This document shows, piece by piece, positions 31,573 to 44,565 of a DNA stretch of 64,000 nucleotides (positions are counted from its first letter, which is position 1; every line of letters starts with the position of its first letter). Position numbers and translations under genes: made by a program. This stretch comes from Octopus vulgaris (lineage: Eukaryota): assembly GCA_951406725.2 (NCBI GenBank), contig OX597816.1, positions 120,404,001 to 120,468,000 on the forward strand, in the 5' to 3' direction. The notes under the pieces are model-generated. The model ran no database searches and was not told the DNA's origin. It worked only from the letters and a program-made list of their open reading frames with translations.

Positions 31573-32057
31573 GGTCACAGAAAACGAGAAAGCAACCATA
31601 CTCTGGGATATGCCGATACACACAGATAGAGAAATTAAGGCCAACAGACCAGATATAGTTGTCAGAGATCATGAAGAAAAAAAATGCTTTCTAATTGATG
31701 TATCAATACCGGCAGATGACAACGTGTCTCTAAAAGAAATGGAGAAACTCTCAAAATACAAAGACCTGGAAATAGAGGTAACTAGAATGTGGAATCTGAA
31801 AACAGAAACAATTCCTATCATAATAGGTGCATTGGGCATGATAAAAAAATATTCAGACAAATACATAACAAAAACACCAGGACTTACAAACACATATAAC
31901 ATACAGAATATTGCACTACTAGGCACTGCACACATCCTACGCAGAACACTTTCCATACAATAACCATCAGAGCATCACAACAGATCACAACACATACCCA
32001 AGGCACACAGAGCTGCGCTCGGTAGTGAAGTGAAAGCACGCTATAAAAATAAAACTA

Positions 32058-32062
<5 letters not shown>
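31573..32062 (+). mobile_element. 5'-truncated R4/Dong LINE (endonuclease domain and 3' UTR) between (TAA)n tracts
   Basis: ORF 31610-31963: ANRPDIVVRD..CFLIDVSIP..EKLSKYKDL..LLGTAHILRRTLS; (AAT)n on both flanks. Confidence 0.93.
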
Positions 32063-32138
<76 letters not shown>

Positions 32139-32289
32139 TGATTCTTGTGTATGCTTATGCATGCAAATATGCATGTACATTTAAGTGTAGGTATATGTAT
32201 TTATATATGTATGTATATTATATGTATATGTATAAGTATGTAAATGTGTGTGTATTTTTATATTTATAATTTAACCTTATGTACTTTCT

Positions 32290-32419
32290 AATATCTCCGA
32301 CGAAGCCTAGTGATACACCCCAGTACCTCAATTTCATCTACTAGTTACTTCAGTCTACTGGAGGGATAAAGGTAGAATGAGGTATTTTTGCCACTTGGCT
32401 GAAACAGCTGTAACATATT
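32290..32419 (+). ncRNA. Type I hammerhead motif with a long stem II (CCGACGA variant)
   Basis: aatatct-CCGACGA-agcc[~90 nt incl. tacctca/tgaggta]ggct-GAAA-CAGCTG-TA-acatatt. Confidence 0.65.
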
Positions 32420-32505
32420 TTCCCAATTTCTATTCCTGTATGTTATATATTTTAATAATTACTGGTATCTTTATATATTTTATATCTATTATATATATTT
32501 TATAA

Positions 32506-32551
<46 letters not shown>

Positions 32552-32693
32552 TATGCATTTTATATGTAAGGTATAATATGTTATACATGTATGTATATTC
32601 TTGTAATTGTCATTTTAGTAAATAAATAAATTGACATAATATAATGTCTAGAAGTTGATGAACCACCTATTGATCCCCTCCATTTTCTTATTG

Positions 32694-32792
<99 letters not shown>

Positions 32793-33207
32793 TATATATA
32801 CATATATATAGACAAACATACACAAGTACACACACATGTTTATGACTATGTTGGACACATCGGGACTTGTTTGTTACTAATTTCTATAGTCACTTCCTTC
32901 AACAGCTGCTTTGGGCGAATAAGTGGTTTTATACAACTTATATATGTATTTCTTCCTATGACGTAAGCTTATTTCGGATCTCATTAAAATATCCAGACGT
33001 TTTTTTAATACAATTATATTCACTTCATGCGGCTCAAGTTTTTTCAACCTGGATATTGAAATGTTGCGGGTCCTTGAACCGTAAAGTCTTTAGTATCTGG
33101 TATCTACACTAGAAAGGAAGGATGGTACTTTTTGTCGCAATTCATTGGCATAAATTCCGTAAATTGGCATAATTCTTAATGTTTGTTGCTAGCCCTTCCA
33201 GGATCTT

Positions 33208-33244
<37 letters not shown>

Positions 33245-33251
<7 letters not shown>

Positions 33252-33360
33252 ATCACGTGACCGACCAGATCATCAGATGTTGTTACACATCGCTGGTCAC
33301 AATGCGTTCGCATTGTTTTAGCCTTCGAATGACGCCAACCCGCTGGCTAAGCGAGCAGGC

Positions 33361-33361
<1 letters not shown>
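33245..33361 (-). mobile_element. Short repeat or SINE 3' fragment within (TA)n
   Basis: Shares its end with 28560-28600; hairpins acaatgcg-tt-cgcattgt and gatgt..acatc. Confidence 0.5.
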
Positions 33362-33412
<51 letters not shown>

Positions 33413-33545
33413 TTTAAAAATTGAGGGAGATAAATTAATATTAATTTTAATATCAATTTAAAACCAGTAGTCCAGCATTCAAAAAATCTGAGAAGTCAGA
33501 GAAAATTCAAATATATGTGTATATTGGCAGGGCTGGCCTGCTAGG

Positions 33546-33848
33546 TAGCCGGCCAGAATGCTAGAAAAAGATCAACAACGATCAAACTACAAGGGAAATT
33601 CTCTAGAGGAAGAATTCAGCGAACACCAGAACCAAATTTGGCGGGCAGGACATATGAAAAATTAAATAAAAAACAGACTTAAATGCATACCTCGGTTTCG
33701 GTCTTAACAAAAGAATTACTTGCATAATTCAAGTGTCCGTGACTTCTTCAGTACATTCGGTCCTCGAGATGCAAACCGCAAGACCAACCCCAAGAGAATT
33801 TCCCTTGTAGTTTGATCGTTGTTGATCTTTTTCTAGCATTCTGGCCGG

Positions 33849-33851
<3 letters not shown>
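33546..33851. repeat. 59 bp inverted repeat enclosing a hammerhead
   Basis: 33546-33604 is the reverse complement of 33793-33851; ends at (TA)n. Confidence 0.92.
33682..33757 (-). ncRNA. Type I hammerhead ribozyme
   Basis: aatgta-CTGAAGA-agtc...gacc-GAAA-CCGAGG-TA-tgcatt; 6 bp stem I, GUA site. Confidence 0.85.
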
Positions 33852-33877
<26 letters not shown>

Positions 33878-33882
<5 letters not shown>

Positions 33883-34580
33883 GTTGTATACAGTCAACTT
33901 AATGTGACAGTCCCATGAAGGGAATCATACTACTGCTATTTAACCTTAAGAAGCAGCAACGCTTTCAGTCGGCCTTGACACATTTCCTGTGTTCTTATGT
34001 TTAAAAGGGGGAGATAAGTACCTCCACCCAGCTAAGTCTGCACCCAGAGAATAGTTTCTGAGTCTTTGCTCGTCATCAGTCTGGAGTAGCATGACCTGCA
34101 AGTTGGAGATGCCTATCTAGCTCTTGTAAACATAACAATTCCAGTGAAATAAATCCACTGAGAGATATATGCAGTAGCGGTACGATAGAGTAGTTGTAGA
34201 CTGTCAAATTAATGTGACAGTCCCATGTAAGGAATCACACTACTGCTATTTAGCCCTAGGAAGCAGCAACGCTTCCTGTCGGCCTTGACACATTTCCTGT
34301 GTCCTTATGTTTACAAGGGGGGAGATATGCACCTCCACCCAGCTAAGCCTGATGACGAGCAAAGACTCAGAAACTAGTCTCTGGATGCAAGCTTAGCTCG
34401 GTGGAGATGCTTATCTCCCCCTTGTAAACATTAGGACACAGGAAATGTGTAAAGGCCGACAGAAAGCGTTGCTGCTTCCTAGAGCTAAATAGCAGTAGTG
34501 TGATTCCCTTCATGGGACTGTCACACTACGTTGACAGTATACAACTACTCTATCGTACCACTACTGCATATATCTCTCTG
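33878..34580. mobile_element. Tandem plus inverted array of an HHR-bearing unit (PLE pLTR-like)
   Basis: Unit at 33878-34132, direct copy at 34159-34347, inverted copy at 34349-34580; HHR motifs at 34044-34084 (-) and 34349-34384 (+). Confidence 0.88.
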
Positions 34581-34852
34581 AGATATTTAGAAATGTAATA
34601 TATATATATATTATAATTATTAGGGAATAACAAGTATTCCAGGTTATTTGTAATGAAATGTAAAAAGTATATTTTAAAATATTATTACAAATTGTGGATA
34701 TTTACCAATAGATAAGCAACTCCTATTTTAGGATAACCTCATGGTATGGTATACACAGAGAAAATTACCTCAAATAAAATAATTGAAATAACATACAATA
34801 AAATTAGCTAAATGAATATATCTTACCTATTATTAATCTGGGGGAAAAGTAA

Positions 34853-34934
34853 TTGTTACACGTATTTCTACGCTGGTGGGGTGTGTATTAAGGCTATCCT
34901 TAATACATAAGTCCACCTGTGCATCCTCAGACTA
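34853..34934 (-). ncRNA. Type I hammerhead motif with extended stem II
   Basis: tagt-CTGAGGA-tgc..ggtgg..tgtattaagg atag ccttaataca..ccacc..gta-GAAA-TACGTG-TA-acaa. Confidence 0.7.
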
Positions 34935-34989
34935 TGTATATTATTATTATTATGTACGGTTAAAAGTTAAAAATTAAAAACTAAAAATC

Positions 34990-36740
34990 ATATTAAAAAT
35001 AAAAATTACAAATATATTTTTAAAATATTACATACCTAAAGTACAATTAAAACATATATTGAAAATGCTCTACCTAAGGAAATTATTAACGATTGAATTA
35101 GAGACATATCAAATCGTACAAAGATATCTAAATAAATAATATAGAAATTAATTATTTAGTATAAAATATACCCCTGAAACACGTGTAGCGATTACTTGTA
35201 CTACATTCTTTCCCCACAGATTAATAACAGGTAAGATATATTCCCAAGTAATAGATCTAGTAGGAATATACCTAATATCTGAAATTGAGTTAGAACACCT
35301 TAACATAGAGGGAGGTCTATATAGGGACGACCTACTCCTTATAACTAGAAACTGCACCAATAAATCATTAGAAAACAAAGAAAAAATATACACATTTTTT
35401 ACGAATAATGGTTTGATATCTCTATAGAGAAAGAACATTCTGCGGTTAACTACCTAGATCCAAACCTAAACTTAGTAACTAATAAAACCCATCCATTCCA
35501 TAAGTTAAACGAGCACCTTAAGTACGCTAATGCCCATAGTAACCATCCTAACTCAGTTAAAAAAGTATTAATAGACAATAAAAATAAAAGAATTTCTATG
35601 TTATACTCGGATATTGATACTTTCAATAAACATGCCTCTTACTATAACAGTGTATTAAAAGAAGCAGGCTATAATTCAAAAATTTAATTCTTTAATAATT
35701 ACGGACCAAATAATAATACTAGTAATCATCCTAACTCTCAAACCAACTATAGAAATAATAACAATGGTAATAATAAACAATATAAGGAAATAAATAAAGA
35801 TAAATATAATATACGTCTAAATATAAAAATAATAATAATAATTATAGTAAGGATGATACTAAAAATATTTCGAATAAAAATGATAAGAATTATTATTATA
35901 TACCCACGAAGAATACACTGACAACGATGAAAAAATAAATAAAATAAGGAAATTATATGGCTAAAATGGGGCTCAAATTAAGACTAATATTATTAAAGAT
36001 ATTTTGAACATAATAAAAACATCCTTTAAAAAGAACAATACGTACTCGAAATTATTCTCCAATAAAACCATTACAGTGGGATATTCTATAACAAGGAATG
36101 TAAGTAATATTATATCCTCAATAAACAATTTCAAATCAAACAAATTTTTTAATAATAATTTGACTAATATTAACTATAGCTACAGCAGAACTATCACAAA
36201 CAATAAACATAACCGTATTTTAAATAAATGCACATGTAAAGACAAATCTAAATGTATGAGTAATAATAATTGCAATCTACATAACGTAATTTATAAATGG
36301 ATAATAACCTCTAATAACCATAATAACATTAATAATAAAGAATATATTGGATTCATAGCGAACGAAATTAAAAGAAGAATTTCCCAGCATTATCAGTCTT
36401 TCAAAAATCCCAAATTAAAAATTCGACAGGTCTAAGTAAATACATATGAGAGTTAAAATCTAATAAAATAGAATACACCCTTAATTGGTATATTATTTGT
36501 AGAGGGAACTCATATAAAATAGGTAACAAAACATGCTTATCATGTACAACAGAGATAATGAAAATACTCCAATCGAGGGAGTTATTATTAAACAGTAATG
36601 AAGAGGGAGGAACAAAGTGTCGATATAGGAATAGCTTTACGTATAATAAAATGAAAAATATATAAAATAATAACCCCCCCCCCAGCATATCATCTCCACA
36701 TACTTATGATGAATATAGTTACTAGAAGTTTTAATAGTAT
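34990..36740 (+). mobile_element. Penelope-like element remnant (RT and GIY-YIG endonuclease), frameshifted
   Basis: DLVGIYLI, GGLYRDDLL, VNYLD, HSNHP, CNLHNVIYK..EYIG....IKRRISQH..SF, STGLSKYI, TCLSCTTE. Confidence 0.88.
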
Positions 36741-38034
36741 TATATGCGTATATACTAAGAATTTATTAAACCTTTAAATGAATAGGCAGGCCACATATAT
36801 GTAACATAAATTTTTAACTTCTACTTTTCTGTCTTTATGGGAAGAGTATATTATGCGTTTTAAAACGTTTTGGTGCGTTTAAAACTTACAAACTTTGCTG
36901 AATTACATATTTTCAAGAGAGATGCTTGGGACCCATCAAAGGGTGTTGTTGAGCTTGAATTCATTTAATCTACAGCTGTTAATACATCTTTTATGTTGAT
37001 GTAATCAATGGTTGCTGCTTCTCTATCAGGTTCTATTAAAATACCCACCTTACTTGTTCATTTGCATAAGTTACATTCGTGAGATGAAAACAATTTTGAA
37101 TTATTTATTCAGTCTTTCATAGATCATTTGCGGAGTCGGCGGACAGTGAGCTATTTCCTTGGGACAAAGGTTCTCTTCTATAATGAACTAAATCTGATAC
37201 TTTTTCAAAATTATAGGAAACTTTAGGCTTTGGTTTAGTACTTTCTGGAGCGCTTCTATCTCCCTTTCGTTTTAAATTATTTTTTCCCGATTTTTACGAG
37301 TATCTTTTTAAGTGGAACTTTGACGCTATATTTGAGATCTAAAGTATTGTTACCACTGTAAGAGTAGAATATTATTTGTTCCATGAACAGCATACAAAAA
37401 AGTTAGATTCTACTGGCCTTTCTTCATGCAGTGACATTCCTGATAGAATTGAAGTCTCTGAAGAAAAGGACAGCGGTATGTTGGTCCAGTTTAGTTAATA
37501 TCTCTTGTATCATTCTGAGGCTATCTTCTGACATACCATGATGATTTTTAGGCATTTGAAAAGCGATATGTTAATGCACATAACTACATTAGTTTCTTTT
37601 ATAATATTGGCGTGTCACATACAGTATTTGAGTGTAACAGATGGACTAAGAGTATGACGTTTTCATGGATGTATGTGGCGATTCCAATATGACATCTTTC
37701 TTTTCTGATAGTGTGAACTATATAGTATGTGTATTTAGGTATGTATATTTCTGCATTTACCATGGTTGTTGTCAAATGTGTTTATGTAAGAGATGCATAT
37801 TACTTCACTGCATGTATTAAGGTATCCTGAATAGAGAGATAGAGTGTGTGTGTATATGTGTGTGATGTGATGTTCTTAAATGTGTATGTCTTTCTGTGTA
37901 ATCGATGTGCTCTGTTTATCAGATATGTACGCAAAACTGTAAACCAGAAAATTGCGTTCACCGACAATATATTGAATGATATGTATGTAAGTATTATGTA
38001 TGTATGTTTGCATGTATGTATGTATGTATGTATG

Positions 38035-38065
<31 letters not shown>

Positions 38066-38805
38066 GTATGTATGTATGTATGTATGTATGTATGTATGTA
38101 TGTACATGTATGTATGTATGTATGTATGTATGTATGTATGTATGCATGCATGTATGTATGTATGTATGTATGTATGTATGTATGTATGTATGTATGTATG
38201 TGTGTGTGTGTGTGTGTGTGCGCGCGCGCGCGCGTGTGTGTGTATGTGTATGTCTATATATGTATGTGTGTATTTATGCATGCACTGGCACTCCGTCGGA
38301 ATAATCACAATCGTCTTTACTAGTTTTTATAACTGTCATTAGTAATCGTTAAACGAACTTCGGAAAAATCCTACAATCCCTAAAATCTAATTACTGATTC
38401 AGTAACCACCTAAAGACACCACTGAATCCATATACATACCTACATATACGTACATACACACATATACGTACATACATACATACATACATACATACATACA
38501 TACATACATACATACATACATACATACATACATACATACATACGTATAGTCTCTCTCAGACTGCATTTGCTAAACAACAGCAGTAAAGATTTAGTGCTGG
38601 AAACTGAAGAGAACAATATTCTACATGTCGGTATGGAAGCTCCTCGGGTAGCTCTCGCTTCCCGGTGACCTCCTACACAACTCAAAACAGCCAGACTAAC
38701 ATACTTCAAAAAACAAACAAACAAAAAAAAACAAAAAAAATATGTGAAACGTTCAGCACACCAAAAAAATACTGCATAGGTATGTTTCCCGAAGACTTGA
38801 AGAAG

Positions 38806-39079
38806 ATATTCTGTTGTGTCTGGGGAGAGTCATTTTCTTTTTGTGCCTTATAATGTAACATACTCACCGGTAAAATTTCCACTTATTTGTTATTTTTATT
38901 TTCCTAAAATTTTCGTTGCGTCTTGCAACCTTTTCAATAGTCTTGACTCTCAGAATATGTTTCAGACACAACAGAATATGCTTCAGACACAACAGAATAT
39001 GCTTCAGACACAGCAGAATATGCTTCAACATACGAACTCATATAAAGAATCTTGCAAACCAAATCCAAAAACGAAATAT
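38806..39079. repeat. Dispersed repeat with internal inversion and 21 bp tandem repeats
   Basis: cagacacaacagaatatgctt x3 plus a partial copy (38951-39027), inverted relative to 38806-38822; homologous to 1659-1825. Confidence 0.85.
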
Positions 39080-39291
39080 TGAAGAAGATAGTAATATTGA
39101 AATGTAGCGAAGCCTCTCTTGGACTCGTGACAGCGACACCACACACTTCGAAGGTTATGCATTTGCAATCCAAGAAAAGGAAATTGCTATTAGACACTTA
39201 ATAAACAACACATGCGATTAGAAGCTCCGCAAAAATGTCATCAAGGTACTGCTACCCTATACAACATGGCGTTGTTGCGTAAAGCAATATA

Positions 39292-39429
39292 TTAGGTTGT
39301 CCCAAAAGTTCGTAAATCTGGAATATAAAGATGAAGGTAACTATAACAATATAAACCCAAACAAACAATTAAAAATTGCATAAAAATTCAAATTTTCGCA
39401 AGTGTTTACGAACTTTTGGGACAACCTTA
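39292..39429. mobile_element. 138 bp mariner-type MITE
   Basis: TIRs ttaggttgtcccaaaagttcgtaaa / tttacgaacttttgggacaacctta; TA on both flanks. Confidence 0.9.
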
Positions 39430-39431
39430 TA

Positions 39432-39900
39432 CAAAGCCACTTGGCAAAAAGAATGTCTTGGAATAAAAATATAGAATTTCCCTGTTATTGAATACGTACG
39501 CAAACATGAGCACAAAGAATACTGGCAGAACATTGCCATCAAACATCTGTCAAGTGTACGCATAACGGCCGGATATTGTTTGGAACAGACAAGAAAAAGT
39601 ATGTACCATCATAGAGGTCAGCTGTCCGGCTATGTGAATATCTCTTTGAAAATCAAAGAGAAGAAGATAACTATGGACAGCTGCTTCGAAATGTCAGCTT
39701 CTGTATCCAAATTACAAAGTTAAATTTATGTCAATGATAGCTGGTGGGCTTGGTGCTGTGAGCAAGTTCCTAAGTGATAATCTGGGTAAGCTTGGATTTT
39801 CAGAAAAAGAAATCAACCAACTAACGCGCACATTACAACTACAATCTCTAAATGAAACTACAAATACGCAAGCCTTTTTTCAAATTTAAAATGTAACATT
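39432..39900 (+). mobile_element. Degenerate REL-endonuclease LINE 3' fragment
   Basis: Frameshifted PDIVWNRQEKVCTIIEVSCP, YGQLLRN, MIAGGLG; similar debris at 55020-55330. Confidence 0.65.
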
Positions 39901-40644
39901 GTTTTTCATTGTCTACATTCCAATGGTGGAACTTTGTATCGTTGTTCAATAAACAGTTTATTTGTCAGAGGAAGAATTTAAGCAATTAAAATCAGAAGAG
40001 AACATACGTACGTACCCCCACCCCACCCACACACGCGCACACACACACACAGGCACGCACACACAAACATACATAGATACAAACATATATACAACCATAC
40101 ATACAAGCATTCATACATACATACAAAGATACACGCACACACCTACACATATACATACAAACATACGTACAAACACACATACGTACACACACACACACGC
40201 ACATACATACATAGATACATACATAGATAAATACGTACGTACATACATACATACATACATACATACATACATACATACATACATACATACATACATACAT
40301 ACATACATACATGCATACATGCATACGCGCCGCTTACTTTCAAAGTAAAATACCGTGTAATTTTTTCTTTCTCATTTCCTTCACGTTTCAATTTATTAGA
40401 ATTTTAACAGTTCGTTTTCTATTTTTCTTTCGAAACTATTACTGTATTACTTCATGTTATTGTATTTGGCTGTTCATAATGTATGCGGGCAGTTGAGTTA
40501 AGCTAAAAATATTCTTAGAATTTAAAATAAATCCTTCTCACCGATCAGAATGACTGCAATTTGTCGTACCCCACTACTAGTTTTGCGATACGTACACACA
40601 CTAACACACAAACCCGCACTCACACACATACACATATAGAATAC

Positions 40645-40738
<94 letters not shown>

Positions 40739-40820
40739 ATATATATATATATATTTATATATATACGTATATATATATATATATATACATATATACATAG
40801 ACGTTTATATACATATATAC

Positions 40821-40880
<60 letters not shown>

Positions 40881-40903
40881 TCACACACAAACACACACAC
40901 ACG

Positions 40904-40964
<61 letters not shown>

Positions 40965-42146
40965 GGTATGGGATTTCGAATACATACAAAGCTATAAATA
41001 ATAGCATGTAATTATTGGTTAGAAAAACTCTTTAGAATGAAAGAAAAAAAATCGAAGCCTACCCGAAAAATTAAAAGATTTACATGTTTTTTTTAATTTA
41101 TTTTTTTATATATGCTTCGAGATCGAGTTCCAAAGAAAATTTCTTCGGAAACATACGCATATTAATTATTAGCCTCAAGAATAGAATCAGTACCAAAAGG
41201 CAATCAAAAATCAAATTAAGGTGGATGCCTTATTAGAACGCAGAATATATATATATTATCGGTATTCACTTGCTTTATGCGTGAATACCGATAATTATGT
41301 GGATTTTGAATGCGAGGAGAGGATTTGTTTTTGGTTTTGCGAGTTTGCTTCCCATGTGAAAAACTACACTGGACAATATTCTTTCCTCTCGCCTCTAACC
41401 TTCACTCACCACGCACGCCTGTATGTATTTGTCTGTGTATGAGTATGTGCGTGCGCTTGTGCATATGTATGCACGAGTAATGGAAGTGTGCGAGTGTGTG
41501 TACCTGTGTTGTGTGATCGGTTGGCAGACGATAGAGAAGTTGAAATGTAACTAGTTAACTTGGTTGATTGAAAAGGATCGTCCGAGCGTTCACTATTCGC
41601 TCGTTTATTCCTTCCTTCACTCGATCGTTCTTTACGCTCACAACCAGCTATTAGTGAGAATAAGCCAATGAATGGATAATTGAATAGATAGAAAAAATAA
41701 ATAACGAAGAAATAAGTGAATGAACAAGGGGACTCTAATTTCAATTTTATAGCATCTTCACACTCATTTCTTCGTCGCTACCTCTCTATTTATCTCAACC
41801 TCTCTCATCTAACTCTGTTTCTTTCTTACTTTTTATTCTCGCTCTTTTAATTTCTCACACCGTTCCACGCTTTACGTCTGCTATCACTGCACATGATTAT
41901 TTCTGTTGTTGCTCGCTCTCCTTTCTCATCTCACCCGAATCTCACCCTTTTTCTTCCTCCCACGCCTTCTCTTCCTCTCTTTCTCTGTTTCCTTTCCTTC
42001 GCTCTCCCTCTTTTCTACTTTTCTGTCTCCTCTAGCCATGTGACTCTCATCTTTCGGTTTCTATATATAAACAACTGTCTTCTTCTTGTCATTCTTCTCG
42101 CTGTTTCCCCCTCTCTCTCCTTCTTCTTCTGATCATCACTCAATTC

Positions 42147-42181
<35 letters not shown>

Positions 42182-42393
42182 CCCCTCTCTCTCTCTCATT
42201 TTGTTATAATCATCTTTTCACAACTTATTGTAAACAGGACAAATTATTTATGTCATTCATCAAAAACAATTAATACTTTTCTTTTACATTTTATCCCATT
42301 TGATATTTCGCTTGTCTGGTTTGAAGAGAAATTAAGAAGAGGAGAGAGAAAGGAAATATATTAGTGTATACTATACCATATACATATTCATGT

Positions 42394-42776
42394 GGAGGTA
42401 CAATGACCCAGTGGTTAGGGTAGCGGACTCGAGGTCGTAGGATTGCGTTTTCGATTCTCAGACAGGGCGTTGTGAGTGTTTATTGAGCGAAAACACCTAA
42501 AGCTCCACGAAACTCCGGCAGAGGGTGGTGGCGAACCCTGCTGTACTCTTTCACCACAACTTTCTCTTACTCTTTCTTCATCTTTCTGTTGTACCTGTAT
42601 TTCAAAGGCCCAACCTTCTCACACTCTGTGTCATGCTGAATCTCCCCGAGAACTACATTAAGGGTACACGTGTCTGAGGAGTGCTCAGCCACTTGCACGT
42701 TAATTTCACGAGCAGGCTGTTCCATTGATTGGATTAACTGGAACCCTCGTCGTCGTAACCGACGGAGTGCCACGGC
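42394..42776 (+). mobile_element. Full-length tRNA-derived SINE
   Basis: Colinear with the reverse complement of 9362-9758. Confidence 0.9.
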
Positions 42777-42810
42777 ATATTCATACAAGCATATATTTAT
42801 ATACATATAT

Positions 42811-42894
<84 letters not shown>

Positions 42895-42899
42895 TTACT

Positions 42900-42936
<37 letters not shown>

Positions 42937-43788
42937 AATATTTACTTACATATATATGTAAAGATAACTATCTATAAACACGTTGATACGTACACACACA
43001 CGCACTCGCGAACACACAGTGAGAAAGAGAGAGAGAGAGAGAGAGAGGGGGGAAAGAGAGGAGGAGAGAGTTGTAGGAATAAAGGGGAGTGGAGAATTAG
43101 AGTTTACACATATTAAACTCTTATAGAGATGTTGATATGTTGATGTAACAGGAAATACAAGAGAGACGAATTAGCAAACAACGACAACAACAACAAAAAC
43201 AAAAAAACAGCAACAACAGCTAAAGAACAAATTGCAAAGGAAAAAAGAAGAACAGAAAAAAAAAACTATAGCTGAAACAAAAAAAAAAAACAAGATAATT
43301 TGAGAGAAAAAAAATTTTTTTTCAGATGGAAGAAATGAATATCTAGGAATATATATAACATAAACATTATCTAGTGAGAATATGTATTTTGTTTATATTT
43401 TGTTCTGTTTCCTTATAAGCAACAACAACAACAATAACAACAACAAAAACAACGACTACGACGACAGCAATAACAAAAACAGCAGCAGCAGCAGCAGCAG
43501 CAACAACAAGGAAATCCAGCAGTTTCTACATTGATGCTGAAGCTATATCAAACATTATTATATGACTTTAATGTTTAACTGTATAAATATAATAAGGAAA
43601 GAGATAAAAACAAAACAAAAAAAAAGGGACCATAAAAATTCCAGAAAATTTTTGTTAACAATTTAAGAAAAGGTAAATATAAATTCATTATTTTTTTGTT
43701 TGTGTATGTGTGTGTGCGTGTGTGTGTGTATTTATGGAGAGGCCGTGTGAATGTGAATGTCTACGGGCTTGTATACAAGAGAGTATGC

Positions 43789-43842
<54 letters not shown>

Positions 43843-44141
43843 GTGTGTGTGCGAACAGGTATATATATTCATATATGTATGTATATAAATGTGTGAGTGT
43901 GTATGTATATATATCATTGATATAATATAATATAATATAATATAATATAATATATATATATATATATATATACTCGAACTAAAGTGTAAATTTTATATTA
44001 CTAAAAAATAAAAAAATAAAGTAAACTAATTTGAACACACACACACACGCTCACTAACTGTACCAAAGATCTCACACATTTTCCAATATATATTTAAGTA
44101 TATATATATGTGTATTTTATATATATATATATACATGTATG

Positions 44142-44176
<35 letters not shown>

Positions 44177-44189
44177 ATATGTATGTATA

Positions 44190-44229
<40 letters not shown>

Positions 44230-44285
44230 TACATACATACATACATACATACATACATACATACATACATGCATACATATATATA

Positions 44286-44321
<36 letters not shown>

Positions 44322-44430
44322 TACTCGTATAGGATTTTTTTAAAGAACGTAATAAGGTTATTATCTAGATGATATTAAATATATGAATATATGTTTGTAT
44401 ATATCTAAATCTCTATCTATATATCTATCC

Positions 44431-44486
<56 letters not shown>

Positions 44487-44531
44487 GTCTATCTGTCTGT
44501 CTGTCTGTCTGTCTGTCTGTCAGTCTGTCAA

Positions 44532-44565
<34 letters not shown>

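Noticed and set aside
36760-37730. Complex sequence that could be a host exon or decayed transposase
   Set aside because: No open frame or motif I can recognise
38951-39027. CRISPR-like repeats
   Set aside because: Contiguous 21-mers with no spacers and no cas genes, in a eukaryotic context
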